Translations under genes and position numbers: made by a program | Assembly (NCBI GenBank): GCA_963740355.1 | Contig: CAVUDW010000003.1 | Location: forward strand, 2,240,001 to 2,304,000 | Direction of reading: 5' to 3' | From: an uncultured Gemmatimonadaceae bacterium | GTDB taxonomy: Bacteria > Gemmatimonadota > Gemmatimonadetes > Gemmatimonadales > Gemmatimonadaceae | Length of the DNA stretch: 64,000 bases | Shown: piece after piece, positions 1-10,971 of the stretch | How positions within the stretch are numbered: the stretch's first letter is position 1 | How the letters are laid out: each line of letters starts with the position of its first letter | The notes under the pieces: generated by a model | Told to the model about the DNA's origin: nothing | Database searches by the model: none | The model's input: the letters and a program-made list of their open reading frames with translations, nothing else

Positions 1-44
1 AACTCGTGGCGCGGATGCCGCGACCAGCACCGTAACGACGTCGA

Positions 45-668
45 ATGCCAACCAACCAACGCCTCGCCATCCTCTTCGTCGCCCTCGTGATGCTGGCAGC
101 GATCGGGCGGTCGTGGTGGTTGTACATGGAGGCCCGCGCGATCGCCGAATCGTGGCTGCGCGAACACAAATATCGCGTACGGAGCCTCAAGGTCGGGCTC
201 TTCCCGCTGTTTCGTTTCCCCGCGCGTTTCTTCCGCAACGAAGAGCGTTCCACACCATTTCGCGCCGTGGTCGATGACCAGCAACTCGGTGGCACGGGCG
301 TGGTCTGGCTCCGCGTCTGGACCGATCGCCTCGGCCTGATTGCACGCGAGCCGGACGTCAGCTGGGAACGCCGCCCGGTGAAAGTGGATCCCGGCGATGT
401 GCCACCGGAAGAAAAGTGGGAGCTCGTACAACGTGCGCTACTGAAGCGCGTCGCTCACGGCGAGACGTCGTTCGCCGCGCCGCGGCACCCGAAGGCCGAT
501 GAGATGCCCTTCGACGAAGTCGTGGAGCACCTGCTGGCGATGCAGAAGCGCGGGCTCATCGCCTGCTCCCTGCCACGCGCCAGCAGGCAGCCTGGCAGTC
601 GGTACGACTTCATCGAGTTCGTGGAGATCACGGACACCGGCCGCGCCTACTTCGAGCAATACGGCTGA
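45..668 (+). CDS. Hypothetical membrane-anchored protein
   Basis: 207-aa ORF with an N-terminal hydrophobic helix (LAILFVALVMLAAIG). The C-terminus (ITDTGRAYF) resembles the end of a winged helix. No family recognised. Confidence 0.7.
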   Translation: MPTNQRLAILFVALVMLAAIGRSWWLYMEARAIAESWLREHKYRVRSLKVGLFPLFRFPARFFRNEERSTPFRAVVDDQQLGGTGVVWLRVWTDRLGLIAREPDVSWERRPVKVDPGDVPPEEKWELVQRALLKRVAHGETSFAAPRHPKADEMPFDEVVEHLLAMQKRGLIACSLPRASRQPGSRYDFIEFVEITDTGRAYFEQYG

Positions 669-704
669 AACGCTCGCTGCTGCGACCCCATCGCCGCGGA
701 GCCG

Positions 705-747
705 GCAGGTGGTGAGTCGCGACCATGGTGTCGGCGCTCACCACTGC
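705..747. terminator. Hairpin between convergent genes (possible bidirectional terminator)
   Basis: GCAG-GTGGTGAG (705-716) pairs with CTCACCAC-TGC (737-747). No U-tract. Confidence 0.4.
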
Positions 748-763
748 TTCGCCGCGCCGCGTA

Positions 764-1954
764 CTACACCGTTGGCACGGTGACCCACTGCCCGCCAGCA
801 GCCGACGACGCCACCACTGTCTCGACGAAAACCACACCGTGCACGCCGTCCACCACGGTCGGAAATTGCACCGCCGCGTCCACGACACCGCCGCCTGGAC
901 GATGCGCCCGGATCGCCTGCGCTATTTCGCTGTAGAGTGTGCCGAAGGCCTCGAGATAACCCTCTGGATGTCCTGACGGGATACGACTGACGCGTGCCGC
1001 CGCCGGCCCTGCAGCGCCGGTGCCACGCGAGATGATCTGCGTCGCCTGGCCGAATGGCGACCAGTGCAGCTGGTTGGGATGTTCCTGCTTCCATTCCAGT
1101 CCGCCCTTCGAACCGTAGACGCGAAGTCGCAGGTTGTTCTCGTTGCCCGGTGCCACCTGGCTTGCCCACAACGCGCCTCGCGCACCGTTTGCATACCGCA
1201 ACAGCACCTGCGCGTTGTCGTCCAGTCGGCGCCCTGCCACGAACGTACTCAGCTCGGCCAGCAACTCGGTGGCATCGAGGCCGGTCACGAAGTGCGCCAG
1301 CTGATAGGCGTGGGTGCCGATGTCACCGATGCAGCCACCGACGCCAGCCTTCGCCGGATCGGTGCGCCAACCCGCCTGCTTCTGGCCATCACTTTCGATC
1401 GACTCGGTGAGCCAGTCCTGCGGATACTCGACCTGCACCACGCGGATCTCGCCCAGCAGGCCCGCACGCACCATCTCGCGCGCCTGGCGCACCATCGGAT
1501 AGCCGCTGTAGTTGTACGTCACGGCAAACAGCTTTCCCACCTCCGCCGCCAGCGCCTGCAACCGGCGCGCATCGGACGAGGTGGTAGCCAGCGGCTTGTC
1601 ACAGATCACGTGGATGCCGGCCTTGAGGAAGGCCTCGGCTGCCGGTGCGTGCATGTGGTTCGGCGTCACGATCGACACCGCCTCGATGCCATCCGGTCGC
1701 GCCGCTTCGACGCGCGCCATCTGCTCGAAATCGCTGTAGATACGATCGTCGGCCAGGCCCAGGGCCCTACCCGAGCGTTGCGCCTTGTCCGGTGTCGACG
1801 CGAGGGCCCCCGCCACCAGTTCGAACTGGTCGTCGAGGCGCGCCGCAAAGCGATGCACCCCGCCAATGAATGCCCCTTCGCCTCCGCCCACCATGCCGAA
1901 GCGAATGCGCCGCGCGCTCGTCGACGACGTACTGCTGGTTGCCTCTATTGCCAC
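764..1954 (-). CDS. Gfo/Idh/MocA family NAD(P)-dependent oxidoreductase
   Basis: Motifs [28 protein letters not shown] and GDIGTH. Start taken at GTG 1954 (upstream GGAG); ATG 1999 is the alternative. Confidence 0.9.
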   Translation of the reverse strand: MAIEATSSTSSTSARRIRFGMVGGGEGAFIGGVHRFAARLDDQFELVAGALASTPDKAQRSGRALGLADDRIYSDFEQMARVEAARPDGIEAVSIVTPNHMHAPAAEAFLKAGIHVICDKPLATTSSDARRLQALAAEVGKLFAVTYNYSGYPMVRQAREMVRAGLLGEIRVVQVEYPQDWLTESIESDGQKQAGWRTDPAKAGVGGCIGDIGTHAYQLAHFVTGLDATELLAELSTFVAGRRLDDNAQVLLRYANGARGALWASQVAPGNENNLRLRVYGSKGGLEWKQEHPNQLHWSPFGQATQIISRGTGAAGPAAARVSRIPSGHPEGYLEAFGTLYSEIAQAIRAHRPGGGVVDAAVQFPTVVDGVHGVVFVETVVASSAAGGQWVTVPTV

Positions 1955-2023
1955 GCCAGGGTTCTCCCGTGATTCCGTGATGTGATGCTGCGGTGCCATC
2001 GATGAACGGCTCGACCAATACGG

Positions 2024-3079
2024 TCAGAGGCCGAGCATTCGCTTGATCTGCTTCGGGTTGGTGGCGGCGCCGGCGAAATCGTCGAACGCCTTCTCAGTGA
2101 CACGAATGATGTGATCACGAATGAACGGCGCCCCTTCCGCGGCGCCCTGCTCGGGATGCTTCAGGCAGCACTCCCACTCGAGCACCGCCCAGTGGTCGTA
2201 GTCGTACTGCGCAAGCTTCGAGAAGATGGCCTTGAAGTCCACCTGCCCATCACCGAGCGAACGGAATCGGCCCGCGCGCTGCAGCCACGGCTGGTAGCCC
2301 GAATACACGCCCTGCCGGCCGTTCGGGCGGAACTCCGCATCCTTCACGTGGAAGGAGCTGATCCGCTCGTGATAGATGTCGATGAACTCGAGGTAGTCGA
2401 GTTGCTGCAGGAGGAAGTGTGACGGGTCGTAATTGATCTTGCAGCGTGCATGGTTGTCCACGCGCTCGAGGAACATCTCGAAGGTGACACCGTCGTACAG
2501 GTCTTCTCCGGGATGCAACTCGAACGCGACATCGCAGCCGGCGGCGTCGTACGCGTCGAGGATCGGGCGCCAGCGCTTCGCGAGTTCGTCGAACGCGGTC
2601 TCGATCAATCCGGCTGGCCGCTGCGGCCATGGATACAGGTATGGCCACACCAGCGCGCCCGGGAAACTCACGCTCGACGTCAAGCCGAGATTCTTCGACG
2701 CCTTGGCTGCCCACATCATCTGCTGCACCGCCCACTTCTGCCGCGCCTTGGCATTGCCTTTCACCGTCTCCGGTGCAAACGCATCGAAGGCTTCGTCGTA
2801 CACCGGGTGTACGGCGACCAGCTGTCCCTGCAAGTGTGTGGACAACTCGGTGATCTCGACGCCGTTTTCGCGCGCGATGCCAGCAATCTCATCGCAGTAG
2901 GTCTTCGAGGACGCGGCCTTCTTGAGGTCGAACAGCTTCGCATCCCACGTCGGGATCTGCACCCCCTTGAAGCCTAGGTCCGCCGCCCACTTCGTGATGG
3001 CACCGAAGGAATTGAATGGCGCCGCATCGCCCGAGAACTGCGCGAGGAAGATGCCCGGGCCCTTGATCGTTGCTGGCAT
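2024..3079 (-). CDS. Sugar phosphate isomerase/epimerase (xylose isomerase-like TIM barrel)
   Basis: Metal-binding pattern FELHPG, NYDPSH, FHVKD, VLEWE. Confidence 0.88.
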   Translation of the reverse strand: MPATIKGPGIFLAQFSGDAAPFNSFGAITKWAADLGFKGVQIPTWDAKLFDLKKAASSKTYCDEIAGIARENGVEITELSTHLQGQLVAVHPVYDEAFDAFAPETVKGNAKARQKWAVQQMMWAAKASKNLGLTSSVSFPGALVWPYLYPWPQRPAGLIETAFDELAKRWRPILDAYDAAGCDVAFELHPGEDLYDGVTFEMFLERVDNHARCKINYDPSHFLLQQLDYLEFIDIYHERISSFHVKDAEFRPNGRQGVYSGYQPWLQRAGRFRSLGDGQVDFKAIFSKLAQYDYDHWAVLEWECCLKHPEQGAAEGAPFIRDHIIRVTEKAFDDFAGAATNPKQIKRMLGL

Positions 3080-3088
3080 GACGAAATC

Positions 3089-4453
3089 TCAGAGATAAGT
3101 GTTGAGCAGGTTCTCGAGCGCTTCCTGGCGACCGGAGACCGGCTGTGGTTCACTGCCCTTCTTCTCCACCCGCGCCGCAAGGTCGGCAAGGCTCCGCTTC
3201 CCCTTCAGGATCGCCTTGCCTTCGGTGCCATCCCATCCGGCATACCTCGCCTTCACCGCATCCGCCAGCACACCATCCTCGATCATCTGCTCGGCAACCA
3301 GCAGCGCCCGCGCGCAGAGATCCATCGCGCCGGCATGCGCCACGATCAGGTCATCGGGATCGATCGACTGGCGTCGCAGCTTTGCGTCGAAGTTGATGCC
3401 ACCGGTCGTGAAGCCGCCGCCCAACATGATGTGGTACATCGCCAGCGCCACCTGCGGCAGGTTGTTCGGGAACTGGTCGGTATCCCATCCCAGTAGCTCG
3501 TCGCCCCGGTTCATGTCGATGGAGCCGAACACACCCAAGGCATGCGCCAGCGCAATTTCGTGTTCGAAGGAATGGCCGGCCAGCAACGCGTGATTCTGTT
3601 CGATGTTCACCTTGATCTCGCCTTCCAGCCCATGCGCCTGCAGGAACGCGAATACGCTCGACACGTCGTAGTCGTACTGGTGCTTGGTCGGCTCGCACGG
3701 CTTCGGCTCGATCAGCAGCGTGCCCTTGAAGCCGATGGCGTGTTTGTGCTCCACCACCAACTGGAGAAAGCGACCGAGCTGGTTCCACTCACGCTTGAGG
3801 TCCGTGTTGAGCAGCGTCTCGTATCCCTCACGACCGCCCCAGAGCACGTAGTTCGCACCCTTCAGTTCGTGCGTCAGCTCCATCGCCGTCTTCACCTGTG
3901 CGGCCGCGTAGGCGAAGATCTCCGGGTCGGGATTCGTCGCTGCACCGGCCATGTACCGGCGGTTGGAGAAGAGATTCGCGGTGCCCCAGAGCAGCTTGAC
4001 GCCGGTCTCGTCGATCTTGCGGGCAAGATGGTCGCCGATTGCGCGCAGGTTGCTGTTGGTTTCGCGCAGCGTGCTCCCTTCCGGCGCGACATCGCGGTCA
4101 TGAAAGGTGAAGAACGGCACGCCAAGAAGCCGGAAGAGCTCGAATCCAATCTCCACTTTCTCGTGTGCCTGCTGCATCGCGTCGCCACCCGCGGCATGCC
4201 ATGGGCGCATGAATGTCTCGCCACCGAATGGATCGCTGCCTGGCCAGACGAGGCTATGCCACCAGCAGACGGCGAAGCGCAACTGCTCATCCATGCGCTT
4301 GCCCATCACCTTCCGACTCGGATCGTACCATCGATATCCGAACGGTCGCTTGGCGTTGGCCTTGAACTTCGGGCCCTCATGGCGCAACGGCTCAGTGATG
4401 CTGAACCAGTCGCCGGTCCTCGGTGCGGGGGCGCTTCTTCTGAATACGGACAT
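3089..4453 (-). CDS. xylA: Xylose isomerase (class II)
   Basis: Motifs [33 protein letters not shown] and GWDTDQF. Confidence 0.97.
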   Translation of the reverse strand: MSVFRRSAPAPRTGDWFSITEPLRHEGPKFKANAKRPFGYRWYDPSRKVMGKRMDEQLRFAVCWWHSLVWPGSDPFGGETFMRPWHAAGGDAMQQAHEKVEIGFELFRLLGVPFFTFHDRDVAPEGSTLRETNSNLRAIGDHLARKIDETGVKLLWGTANLFSNRRYMAGAATNPDPEIFAYAAAQVKTAMELTHELKGANYVLWGGREGYETLLNTDLKREWNQLGRFLQLVVEHKHAIGFKGTLLIEPKPCEPTKHQYDYDVSSVFAFLQAHGLEGEIKVNIEQNHALLAGHSFEHEIALAHALGVFGSIDMNRGDELLGWDTDQFPNNLPQVALAMYHIMLGGGFTTGGINFDAKLRRQSIDPDDLIVAHAGAMDLCARALLVAEQMIEDGVLADAVKARYAGWDGTEGKAILKGKRSLADLAARVEKKGSEPQPVSGRQEALENLLNTYL

Positions 4454-4484
4454 GGTGTGAGTGCGGGCGGCAGTCAGGCGTCGG

Positions 4485-5981
4485 TCAGGAAATCGTGCGG
4501 CGAAAAGTGTGCGACAGACGGTACATCTCGCGCCAGCGTGCGTGGCGTTCCTGATGATGTATCACGGCCTCGACGCTTGGCTCGAACGTCGCGAGCCGAT
4601 CCGGCTTGGTGGCAAACTGCGCGACCGTTGCAGCACCGCCGCCAGCGGCAGCCATCGCCGCCAGCCGCGCCGCGCCAAGTGCGCACCCAATCTCGCTCTG
4701 TGTCACGCTGTGCAGCGGGATGCCCAGCACATCGGCCATCAGCTGGCACCATCGTGGTGAGCGCGCACCACCACCCAGCAGGTCGGCTTCCGCCAATCGT
4801 GTGCCTGCATCGGACAGCGCCTGTTGGGCGTCGCGCATGGCGTAGGCGACCCCCTCCAGCACGGCGAACGTCAGGTCAGCCCGGGTGTGCGACGCATCGA
4901 GGCCCTCGAAACCGGCCCGAATCGCGGAGTCATTGTGCGGCGTGCGCTCGCCGGTGAGGTAGGGCGAGAAAAACGGCCCTGTGCCTCGTCCAACGTCGGC
5001 CGTCGTCGGAAGCTCGGCCAGCAGCGCGTGCTCCGAGTGGCCCGTCACCCCGGCCCACCAGGACAGGCAGGAGGCGGCGCTGAGCAGGACCCCCATCTGG
5101 TGCCAGGTGTCTGGCAGCGCATGACAGAAGGCGTGCACCGCGCCGTCCGTGTTCGGCGCGAAACCGGCCGTCGTGCACCAGAGCACGCCAGACGTGCCAA
5201 GCGAGACGAAGGCGTCACCCGGCCGCACAGCGCCAACCGCGACGGCGCCGGCCGCGTTATCTCCTGCGCCACCGGCAATCACTGGCGGTCGGTGTATGCC
5301 CCACCGCTGACAGAGTGATTTGCTCAGCTCGCTAGCCGCAGCGTTGCCTTCGACCAACCTCGGCATGTGCGCCTGCGACAACCCACACACCTTCAGGGCC
5401 TCGTCGCTCCAGCGGCGTGCGGCTACGTCCAGCCAGAGCGTGCCGGACGCGTCTGACATCTCCTCGATCGCCTCGCCGCAGAGCTGCAAACGGATGTATG
5501 CCTTGGGCAGCAGGACGGTGGCGATCCGCTCGAACAGTGCCGGTTCATGCTCTCGCACCCAAAGCAATTTCGGCGCGGTGAACCCGGGCATCGCGAGGTT
5601 GCCCGTCACCTGTCGCGATACCGGCCACGTCTGCTCCAGTTCACGGCACTGCGCGGCGCTCCGGCCATCGTTCCACAGCATGCAGGGCCGCAGCACCGCG
5701 CCTGTGTGGTCGAGCAGCGTGGCGCCATGCATCTGGCCAGAGAGACCGATGGCAGCACAGCTCGCCAGCTCACCGGGGTGCGCGGCGTGCAGCGCATCGA
5801 TCGCCGACAGCGTTGCCGCCCACCACGACGCCGGGTCCTGCTCGCTCCATCCAGGATGCGGCCGTTGCACGGTGAGCGGCTCGCTCGCACTGCCGATCAC
5901 ACGCTCCGGCGCTTGGGCGGCGTGATCGACGAGGACGACCTTCACTCCCGACGTTCCGAGGTCGATACCAAGGGTGATCAC
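4485..5981 (-). CDS. xylB: Xylulokinase
   Basis: FGGY kinase motifs [32 protein letters not shown] and PYLTGERTP; adjacent to xylA. Start set at GTG 5981. Confidence 0.93.
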   Translation of the reverse strand: MITLGIDLGTSGVKVVLVDHAAQAPERVIGSASEPLTVQRPHPGWSEQDPASWWAATLSAIDALHAAHPGELASCAAIGLSGQMHGATLLDHTGAVLRPCMLWNDGRSAAQCRELEQTWPVSRQVTGNLAMPGFTAPKLLWVREHEPALFERIATVLLPKAYIRLQLCGEAIEEMSDASGTLWLDVAARRWSDEALKVCGLSQAHMPRLVEGNAAASELSKSLCQRWGIHRPPVIAGGAGDNAAGAVAVGAVRPGDAFVSLGTSGVLWCTTAGFAPNTDGAVHAFCHALPDTWHQMGVLLSAASCLSWWAGVTGHSEHALLAELPTTADVGRGTGPFFSPYLTGERTPHNDSAIRAGFEGLDASHTRADLTFAVLEGVAYAMRDAQQALSDAGTRLAEADLLGGGARSPRWCQLMADVLGIPLHSVTQSEIGCALGAARLAAMAAAGGGAATVAQFATKPDRLATFEPSVEAVIHHQERHARWREMYRLSHTFRRTIS

Positions 5982-6219
5982 GGTGCGATGTCGGAGTGGA
6001 AGGCGGAAGACGGCGGGCGATCGCATGCACTGCCGGTGACGTCGCACGGTTGTGCCAGCAGTCGCAGGTGAGCGCACACAAATGTGTCGCGCTGCATGCA
6101 AGATGGCACCATCGAACGCTGCGCTCGCGGGCGTGGCTATACTCCGAGAGCCAACCAGGACGAGCGCGCGTGGCACCGCACCGACACGTCTGCGCTTCCC
6201 ACCCATCGATTTGTATTCC

Positions 6220-7188
6220 GTGCCACACCGTCGTCGCGTCATCGTTGTCAGCAATGGACGGAACGCCAGCGCGCTCGAGGCCGCGGTGACGGCGCTCGGC
6301 TACGTCACACTGCCCAGCGTCGCGACAGTTGACGACGCCATGGCGACGTCGCACATGCCAGGGCCCGGCGCGGAGCTGATGCTGTTCGATGTGGTGGATG
6401 CCGACGGTAAGTTCGGGCTCGATGCCTTTCAGGGCCTGCGTGAACGCCTCTCCATTCCCGTCGTGGCGCTCGTCCCACCCGCCCTTGGTGCCGACATCGA
6501 GAGCGAGCCATCGCGCGCGCTGGTCCGACCCTTCACGCCGCGCGAATTGCACACCACGATCGAGCTCGCGCTCCGCACACACGAGGCCACGCGTGCGGTC
6601 GCGGAGATCGAGGAGCGATTCTTCGCCGTCTCCGTCGACCTGCTCTGCTTCCTCGACTTCAGCGGGTTCTTCCGTCGGCTCAACCCCGCGTGGCACCATA
6701 CGCTTGGCTTTTCGATTGACGAACTGATGTCGCGCCCCTTCATCGAGTTCGTCCATCCCGACGATCGCGAACGCACGCTGGAGCAGAATCGACGGGTGCG
6801 ATCGGGTGAGCGGGCGCTGGCGTTCGAGAACCGGTATCTCTGCAAGGACGGGTCATTCCGCTGGCTGCGCTGGAACGCGACGCCCGACACCGCGTACCGC
6901 ACGATCTACTCGGTGGCGCGGGACATGACCGAGACGAAGCGAATCGAGGAGGAGCGCAATGCCCTCGTCGTCGAGCTACAGACGGCGCTCGCTGAAGTCG
7001 CCACGTTGAAGGACATCCTGCCGATGTGCTCGTACTGCCGCCGTGTTCGCGACGACGAGAACTATTGGCACTCGGTGGAGAGCTACATTGCCCGGCATAC
7101 GAAGTCCCGATTCAGCCATGGCATTTGCCCGGGCTGCATGACCGACCAGATTGAACCGCAGTTGCGGGAGATCGAGCGCCAGGCCTGA
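6220..7188 (+). CDS. Signalling protein: degenerate receiver + PAS + C-terminal CxxC/CxxC domain
   Basis: PAS/PAC motifs (FVHPDDRERT, FENRYLCKDGSFRW). C-terminal LPMCSYC...SHGICPGC. N-terminal receiver-like fold. Start uncertain. Confidence 0.8.
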   Translation: MPHRRRVIVVSNGRNASALEAAVTALGYVTLPSVATVDDAMATSHMPGPGAELMLFDVVDADGKFGLDAFQGLRERLSIPVVALVPPALGADIESEPSRALVRPFTPRELHTTIELALRTHEATRAVAEIEERFFAVSVDLLCFLDFSGFFRRLNPAWHHTLGFSIDELMSRPFIEFVHPDDRERTLEQNRRVRSGERALAFENRYLCKDGSFRWLRWNATPDTAYRTIYSVARDMTETKRIEEERNALVVELQTALAEVATLKDILPMCSYCRRVRDDENYWHSVESYIARHTKSRFSHGICPGCMTDQIEPQLREIERQA

Positions 7189-7409
7189 ATCGGCCGGGGC
7201 GCCACATCGGCGCGTGGTGTCGGCACATGATGCGCTATTGCGCATGCATGATCAGCCCCGACCACGTGACAAACCCAGTCGAGCTCAGCCATTCGCGCGT
7301 GTAACGACACGCCGTGCTGCTCGTCTGTAGACACTGACGTTGAAAGATCACCGTCTGCCTTGTCGCGTCCATTGCCGTCGCCGTCAGTACCTGACGATCT
7401 TTTTATCCG

Positions 7410-7937
7410 TTGACCTTCAGCCAGGTGCAGCGTATCAACCCGATTCCCGCATCGATCGAAGCCTGCTTTCGATTCGTACCGCCGTTCGTGGGAACCCGGG
7501 TCCGGACGCGTGCAATGCGGATGGCGGGCTTCGACATCGGCTACGGGTCGGCGTTCTGGGGCTGGCCAACGGTTGTTGGACCGGCGGACCGGCGCAGCCG
7601 CTTGCACATCGGTGAACACTGCGGCTTCAACGTCCGCTGTTTCTTCGACCTCGAAGATGACATCCGGTTCGGGAACCAGGTGTCGGTGGGCCATGAGGTG
7701 ATGTTCCTCACGCACACACACCGCGTGGGCATGCCGGCGCAGCGCGCTGGCGAACGCATGACCGCACCGATCGTCGTCCATGACGGTGCGTGGCTGGGAG
7801 CCCGGAGCACGATCCTCCCGGGAGTCACGATTGGCGCCGGTGCCGTAATCGGTGCCTCAGTCGTCGTCGCAGAGGACGTCCCGGAACACACACTGTTCAT
7901 GGGACACCAGAAGATTTCACTGGCCAGATGGCGATGA
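7410..7937 (+). CDS. Hexapeptide-repeat (left-handed beta-helix) acyltransferase
   Basis: VHDGAWLGARSTILPGVTIGAGAVIGA repeats; TTG start. Confidence 0.85.
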   Translation: MTFSQVQRINPIPASIEACFRFVPPFVGTRVRTRAMRMAGFDIGYGSAFWGWPTVVGPADRRSRLHIGEHCGFNVRCFFDLEDDIRFGNQVSVGHEVMFLTHTHRVGMPAQRAGERMTAPIVVHDGAWLGARSTILPGVTIGAGAVIGASVVVAEDVPEHTLFMGHQKISLARWR

Positions 7938-7963
7938 CGCCAGCGGCCACCAACGGGGAAAGC

Positions 7964-8281
7964 ATGAGCCAGTTTGACCGGGCCACCGCCTTGAGCGTGG
8001 TCGTTCGCAGCCTCACGGAATTTCTCGAGCAGAATGGTGACGAAGTCCCCGCCGTCATCGACGAGAGCGTGGTGCTGGTGGGCAAGGATGCCGTCATCGA
8101 CTCGCTCGGCATGGTGTCGCTGATCGTCGAGGTGGAGCAGGTGCTGGAGACGGAGCACGACGTCTCCGTCACCCTCGCCAACGATCGCGCAATGTCGGAG
8201 CGCAACAGCCCGTTCCGGACCGTGGGCGTGTTCGCCGATCACGTCTTCGCCCTCATCGGTCAGGCGCGCGCGGCCGCATGA
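7964..8281 (+). CDS. Acyl carrier protein
   Basis: Small acidic protein with the phosphopantetheine motif IDSLGMVSLI. Start at MSQFDR; an ATG near 7934 is the alternative. Confidence 0.88.
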   Translation: MSQFDRATALSVVVRSLTEFLEQNGDEVPAVIDESVVLVGKDAVIDSLGMVSLIVEVEQVLETEHDVSVTLANDRAMSERNSPFRTVGVFADHVFALIGQARAAA

Positions 8282-8982
8282 TCGACAAGCCAGTCGTGCT
8301 CATCACCGGGTCCCGGAAGGGAATCGGCCGTCATCTCGCGCAGCACTATCTCGAACAGGGCTACGTCGTCGAGGGGTGCAGCCGCGGCGACTCCGACCTC
8401 AAGGACGCCGGCTACACGCATCATGAAGTCGACGTGGCCGATGAAAAGGCCGTGCGTACCATGATCGCGAACATCTCCAAGCGTCACGGCCGGATCGATG
8501 TGGTCATGAACAACGCCGCCATCGCGACCATGAACCACGTGCTGCTGACGCCCGCCGCCACGGCCAATCGCATGTTCGAGGTGAACGTCACCGGCACCAT
8601 GCTCGTCTGCCGCGATGCCGCCAAGGTCATGATGCGCCGCAAGTACGGCCGCATCGTGAATTTCACCACCATCGTGGCGCCGATCGCCCTCGCCGGTGAA
8701 GCCGTCTACGCCGCCTCCAAGAGTGCAGTCGTGACCCTCACACGGATCCTCGCCTTCGAGCTGGGGCAGTGGGGCATCACTTGCAACTCGTTCGGCGCCA
8801 CGCCGATCATGACCGACATGATCAAGGGCGTGCCGAAGGCCAAGGTCGATGCCGTGGTGAACAACCTCGCCATCAAGCGCCTCGGCACCTACGAGGATTG
8901 CGCCAACGTCTGCGATTTCTTCATCAGCCCGGCCAGCGACAACATCACCGGCCAGGTCATCTATCTCGGCGGCATCACCTGA
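8278..8982 (+). CDS. SDR family oxidoreductase (3-oxoacyl-ACP reductase-like)
   Basis: TGSRKGIG, NNAA and YAASK motifs; ATGA overlap with the ACP gene. Confidence 0.92.
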   Translation: MIDKPVVLITGSRKGIGRHLAQHYLEQGYVVEGCSRGDSDLKDAGYTHHEVDVADEKAVRTMIANISKRHGRIDVVMNNAAIATMNHVLLTPAATANRMFEVNVTGTMLVCRDAAKVMMRRKYGRIVNFTTIVAPIALAGEAVYAASKSAVVTLTRILAFELGQWGITCNSFGATPIMTDMIKGVPKAKVDAVVNNLAIKRLGTYEDCANVCDFFISPASDNITGQVIYLGGIT

Positions 8983-10325
8983 TGTCGACCGGTTGGCTTC
9001 GTCAGCGACTCGAGGAATGGGGTGACGCTCCAGCCCTCGTCTGGAACGACACCACATTGTCGTACGCATCGCTGCTGCGGCAGTCGGATACGTGGAAGAC
9101 GGAGCTGATCGCTCGCGGGGTCCGTGCCGGCGATGTAGTGATGATCGAAGGAAGCTTTTCGCCCAACACCGTCTCGGCGTTGCTGGCCCTGATCGAGCTG
9201 CGCGCCATCAGCGTGCCGCTCACGCCGCTGATGGCCGTGCACCGCGAGAAGTTCGCCGCCATAGCCGAGACGCAGCATGAACTCTCGGTGGCGGATGACG
9301 ACTCCTGGACCTTCGTGTCGACGGCCCGTGAGGTCACCCACAGCCTCAGCAAGCGCCTGATCGAGAGCGGACACCCGGGGCTGGTGATCTTCTCGTCAGG
9401 CTCGAGTGGGGCTCACAAGGCGATCCTGCACGACGCGGATGCCTTGCTGCAGAAGTTCGTCACGCCGCGTGAGCGGAAGGTGACACTCACGTTCCTGCTG
9501 TTCGACCACATCGGTGGGATCGATACCCTGTTCGGCACCTTCTGCAGCGGCGGCACGGTCGTCACGACGCCGTCGCGTGACCCCGATACCGTCTGTCGAA
9601 CCATTGCGGCGTATCAGGTGCACACGCTGCCGACGTCGCCGACGTTCCTGAACCTGATGCTGATCTCGGGGGCCTGTCGTGCCCACGACCTGTCCTCCCT
9701 GCGGGTGATTGCCTACGGCACCGAACCGATGCCGGCGCTGACGTTGCGCCTGTTGCGCGAGGCCCTGCCGGATGTCCGAATGGTGCAGACCTTCGGCATG
9801 TCGGAGACGGGCGTGCTGCGCACCAGGTCGCGCGACTCGGGATCGGTGTGGGTGAAGTTCACGGGCGACGGGTACGAACACAAAATCGTGGACGGCGTGC
9901 TGTGGGTGCGAAGCCCAAGCGCGATGCTGGGGTACCTCAATGCCCCCGACCTGTTCGACGGTGAAGGCTGGCTCAATACACAGGACGCCGTCGAGGTGGA
10001 TGGCGACTACCTGCGCATTCTCGGTCGCGTCACGGACCTGATCAACGTCGGCGGGCAGAAGGTCTACCCGATCGAGGTCGAGAACGTGCTGATGCAGATG
10101 GAGAATGTGCGTGACGTGGCGGCCTATGGCGAGCCGAGTCCGCTCACGGGCCATTTCGTGGCCGCGCGATTCACGTTGAACACACCAGAGCCACTGCCGG
10201 AATTCAAGCGGCGCATGCGGGCATTCTGCCGCGAGCGCCTGGCAGGCTACCAGATTCCAGTGCGCATCGAGATCGTCGACGGCGACCTGTCGGGCGCACG
10301 CTTCAAGAAGATGCGTCGTGCCTGA
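8982..10325 (+). CDS. AMP-binding acyl-CoA/acyl-ACP ligase
   Basis: Motifs FSSGSSGAHK, QTFGMSETG, TQD and GRVTDLINVGGQKVYP. Start at the TGATG overlap with the SDR gene. Confidence 0.9.
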   Translation: MSTGWLRQRLEEWGDAPALVWNDTTLSYASLLRQSDTWKTELIARGVRAGDVVMIEGSFSPNTVSALLALIELRAISVPLTPLMAVHREKFAAIAETQHELSVADDDSWTFVSTAREVTHSLSKRLIESGHPGLVIFSSGSSGAHKAILHDADALLQKFVTPRERKVTLTFLLFDHIGGIDTLFGTFCSGGTVVTTPSRDPDTVCRTIAAYQVHTLPTSPTFLNLMLISGACRAHDLSSLRVIAYGTEPMPALTLRLLREALPDVRMVQTFGMSETGVLRTRSRDSGSVWVKFTGDGYEHKIVDGVLWVRSPSAMLGYLNAPDLFDGEGWLNTQDAVEVDGDYLRILGRVTDLINVGGQKVYPIEVENVLMQMENVRDVAAYGEPSPLTGHFVAARFTLNTPEPLPEFKRRMRAFCRERLAGYQIPVRIEIVDGDLSGARFKKMRRA

Positions 10326-10971
10326 GACCGAGAGCGAACCGACCCCGGACATCGAGCCGACCTCCGCACGCTTGCAGCGAATCGTGCGAGAGGAAACAGG
10401 CGGCCTGCATCCGAAGCTGATTCTGCTGCACCTGCTCGAGCTCTTCCTGCCGAAGCGTGGCGCGGCGCGACACCGTGCCAGCCTGCTGCGCCTGGTCGGC
10501 TTCGTGATTGGCATCGGAACCGACGTCATCGCGATGCCTCGGATTACGGGTAGCCGCGCCGGTGATCATGGCCCGGACAGCCGCGGCCTCTTCACGAACC
10601 TGGATGTCGGTCGCGATGTCACCATCGATCGCGAAGTCGTGCTCGATCTCGAGGACAAGGTCACGATTGGTGATGGTGCGCACATCGGTCCGCAGGTCAT
10701 GATCCTCACCAGCACGCATGACCTTGGGCCCCGTGAGAAGCGCGCCGGTCCCGTCACGCGCAGCCCGGTGGTGATTGGTGACGGTGCCTGGATCGGTGCG
10801 CGCACACTCATCCTTCCCGGTATCACGATCGGTGCCGGTGCGATCGTGAATCCGGGTGCCGTGGTGAACAAGGACGTCGCACCGAACACGCGCGTGGCTG
10901 GTACGCCGGCGCGAAAAATCGAGATGCTGGAACCCGACGGCGACGATAGCGACTCCATCGCCGTCGCATGA
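10318..10971 (+). CDS. Hexapeptide-repeat acyltransferase (paralog of 7410..7937)
   Basis: IGDGAWIGARTLILPGITIGAGAIV...VAGTPAR. Confidence 0.88.
   Translation: MPETESEPTPDIEPTSARLQRIVREETGGLHPKLILLHLLELFLPKRGAARHRASLLRLVGFVIGIGTDVIAMPRITGSRAGDHGPDSRGLFTNLDVGRDVTIDREVVLDLEDKVTIGDGAHIGPQVMILTSTHDLGPREKRAGPVTRSPVVIGDGAWIGARTLILPGITIGAGAIVNPGAVVNKDVAPNTRVAGTPARKIEMLEPDGDDSDSIAVA

Noticed and set aside
1064..4957. Long plus-strand ORFs opposite the xylose operon (and similar ones at 33122-35321 and 37500-38987)
   Set aside because: These are shadow ORFs expected from high-GC codon bias and show no protein motifs.
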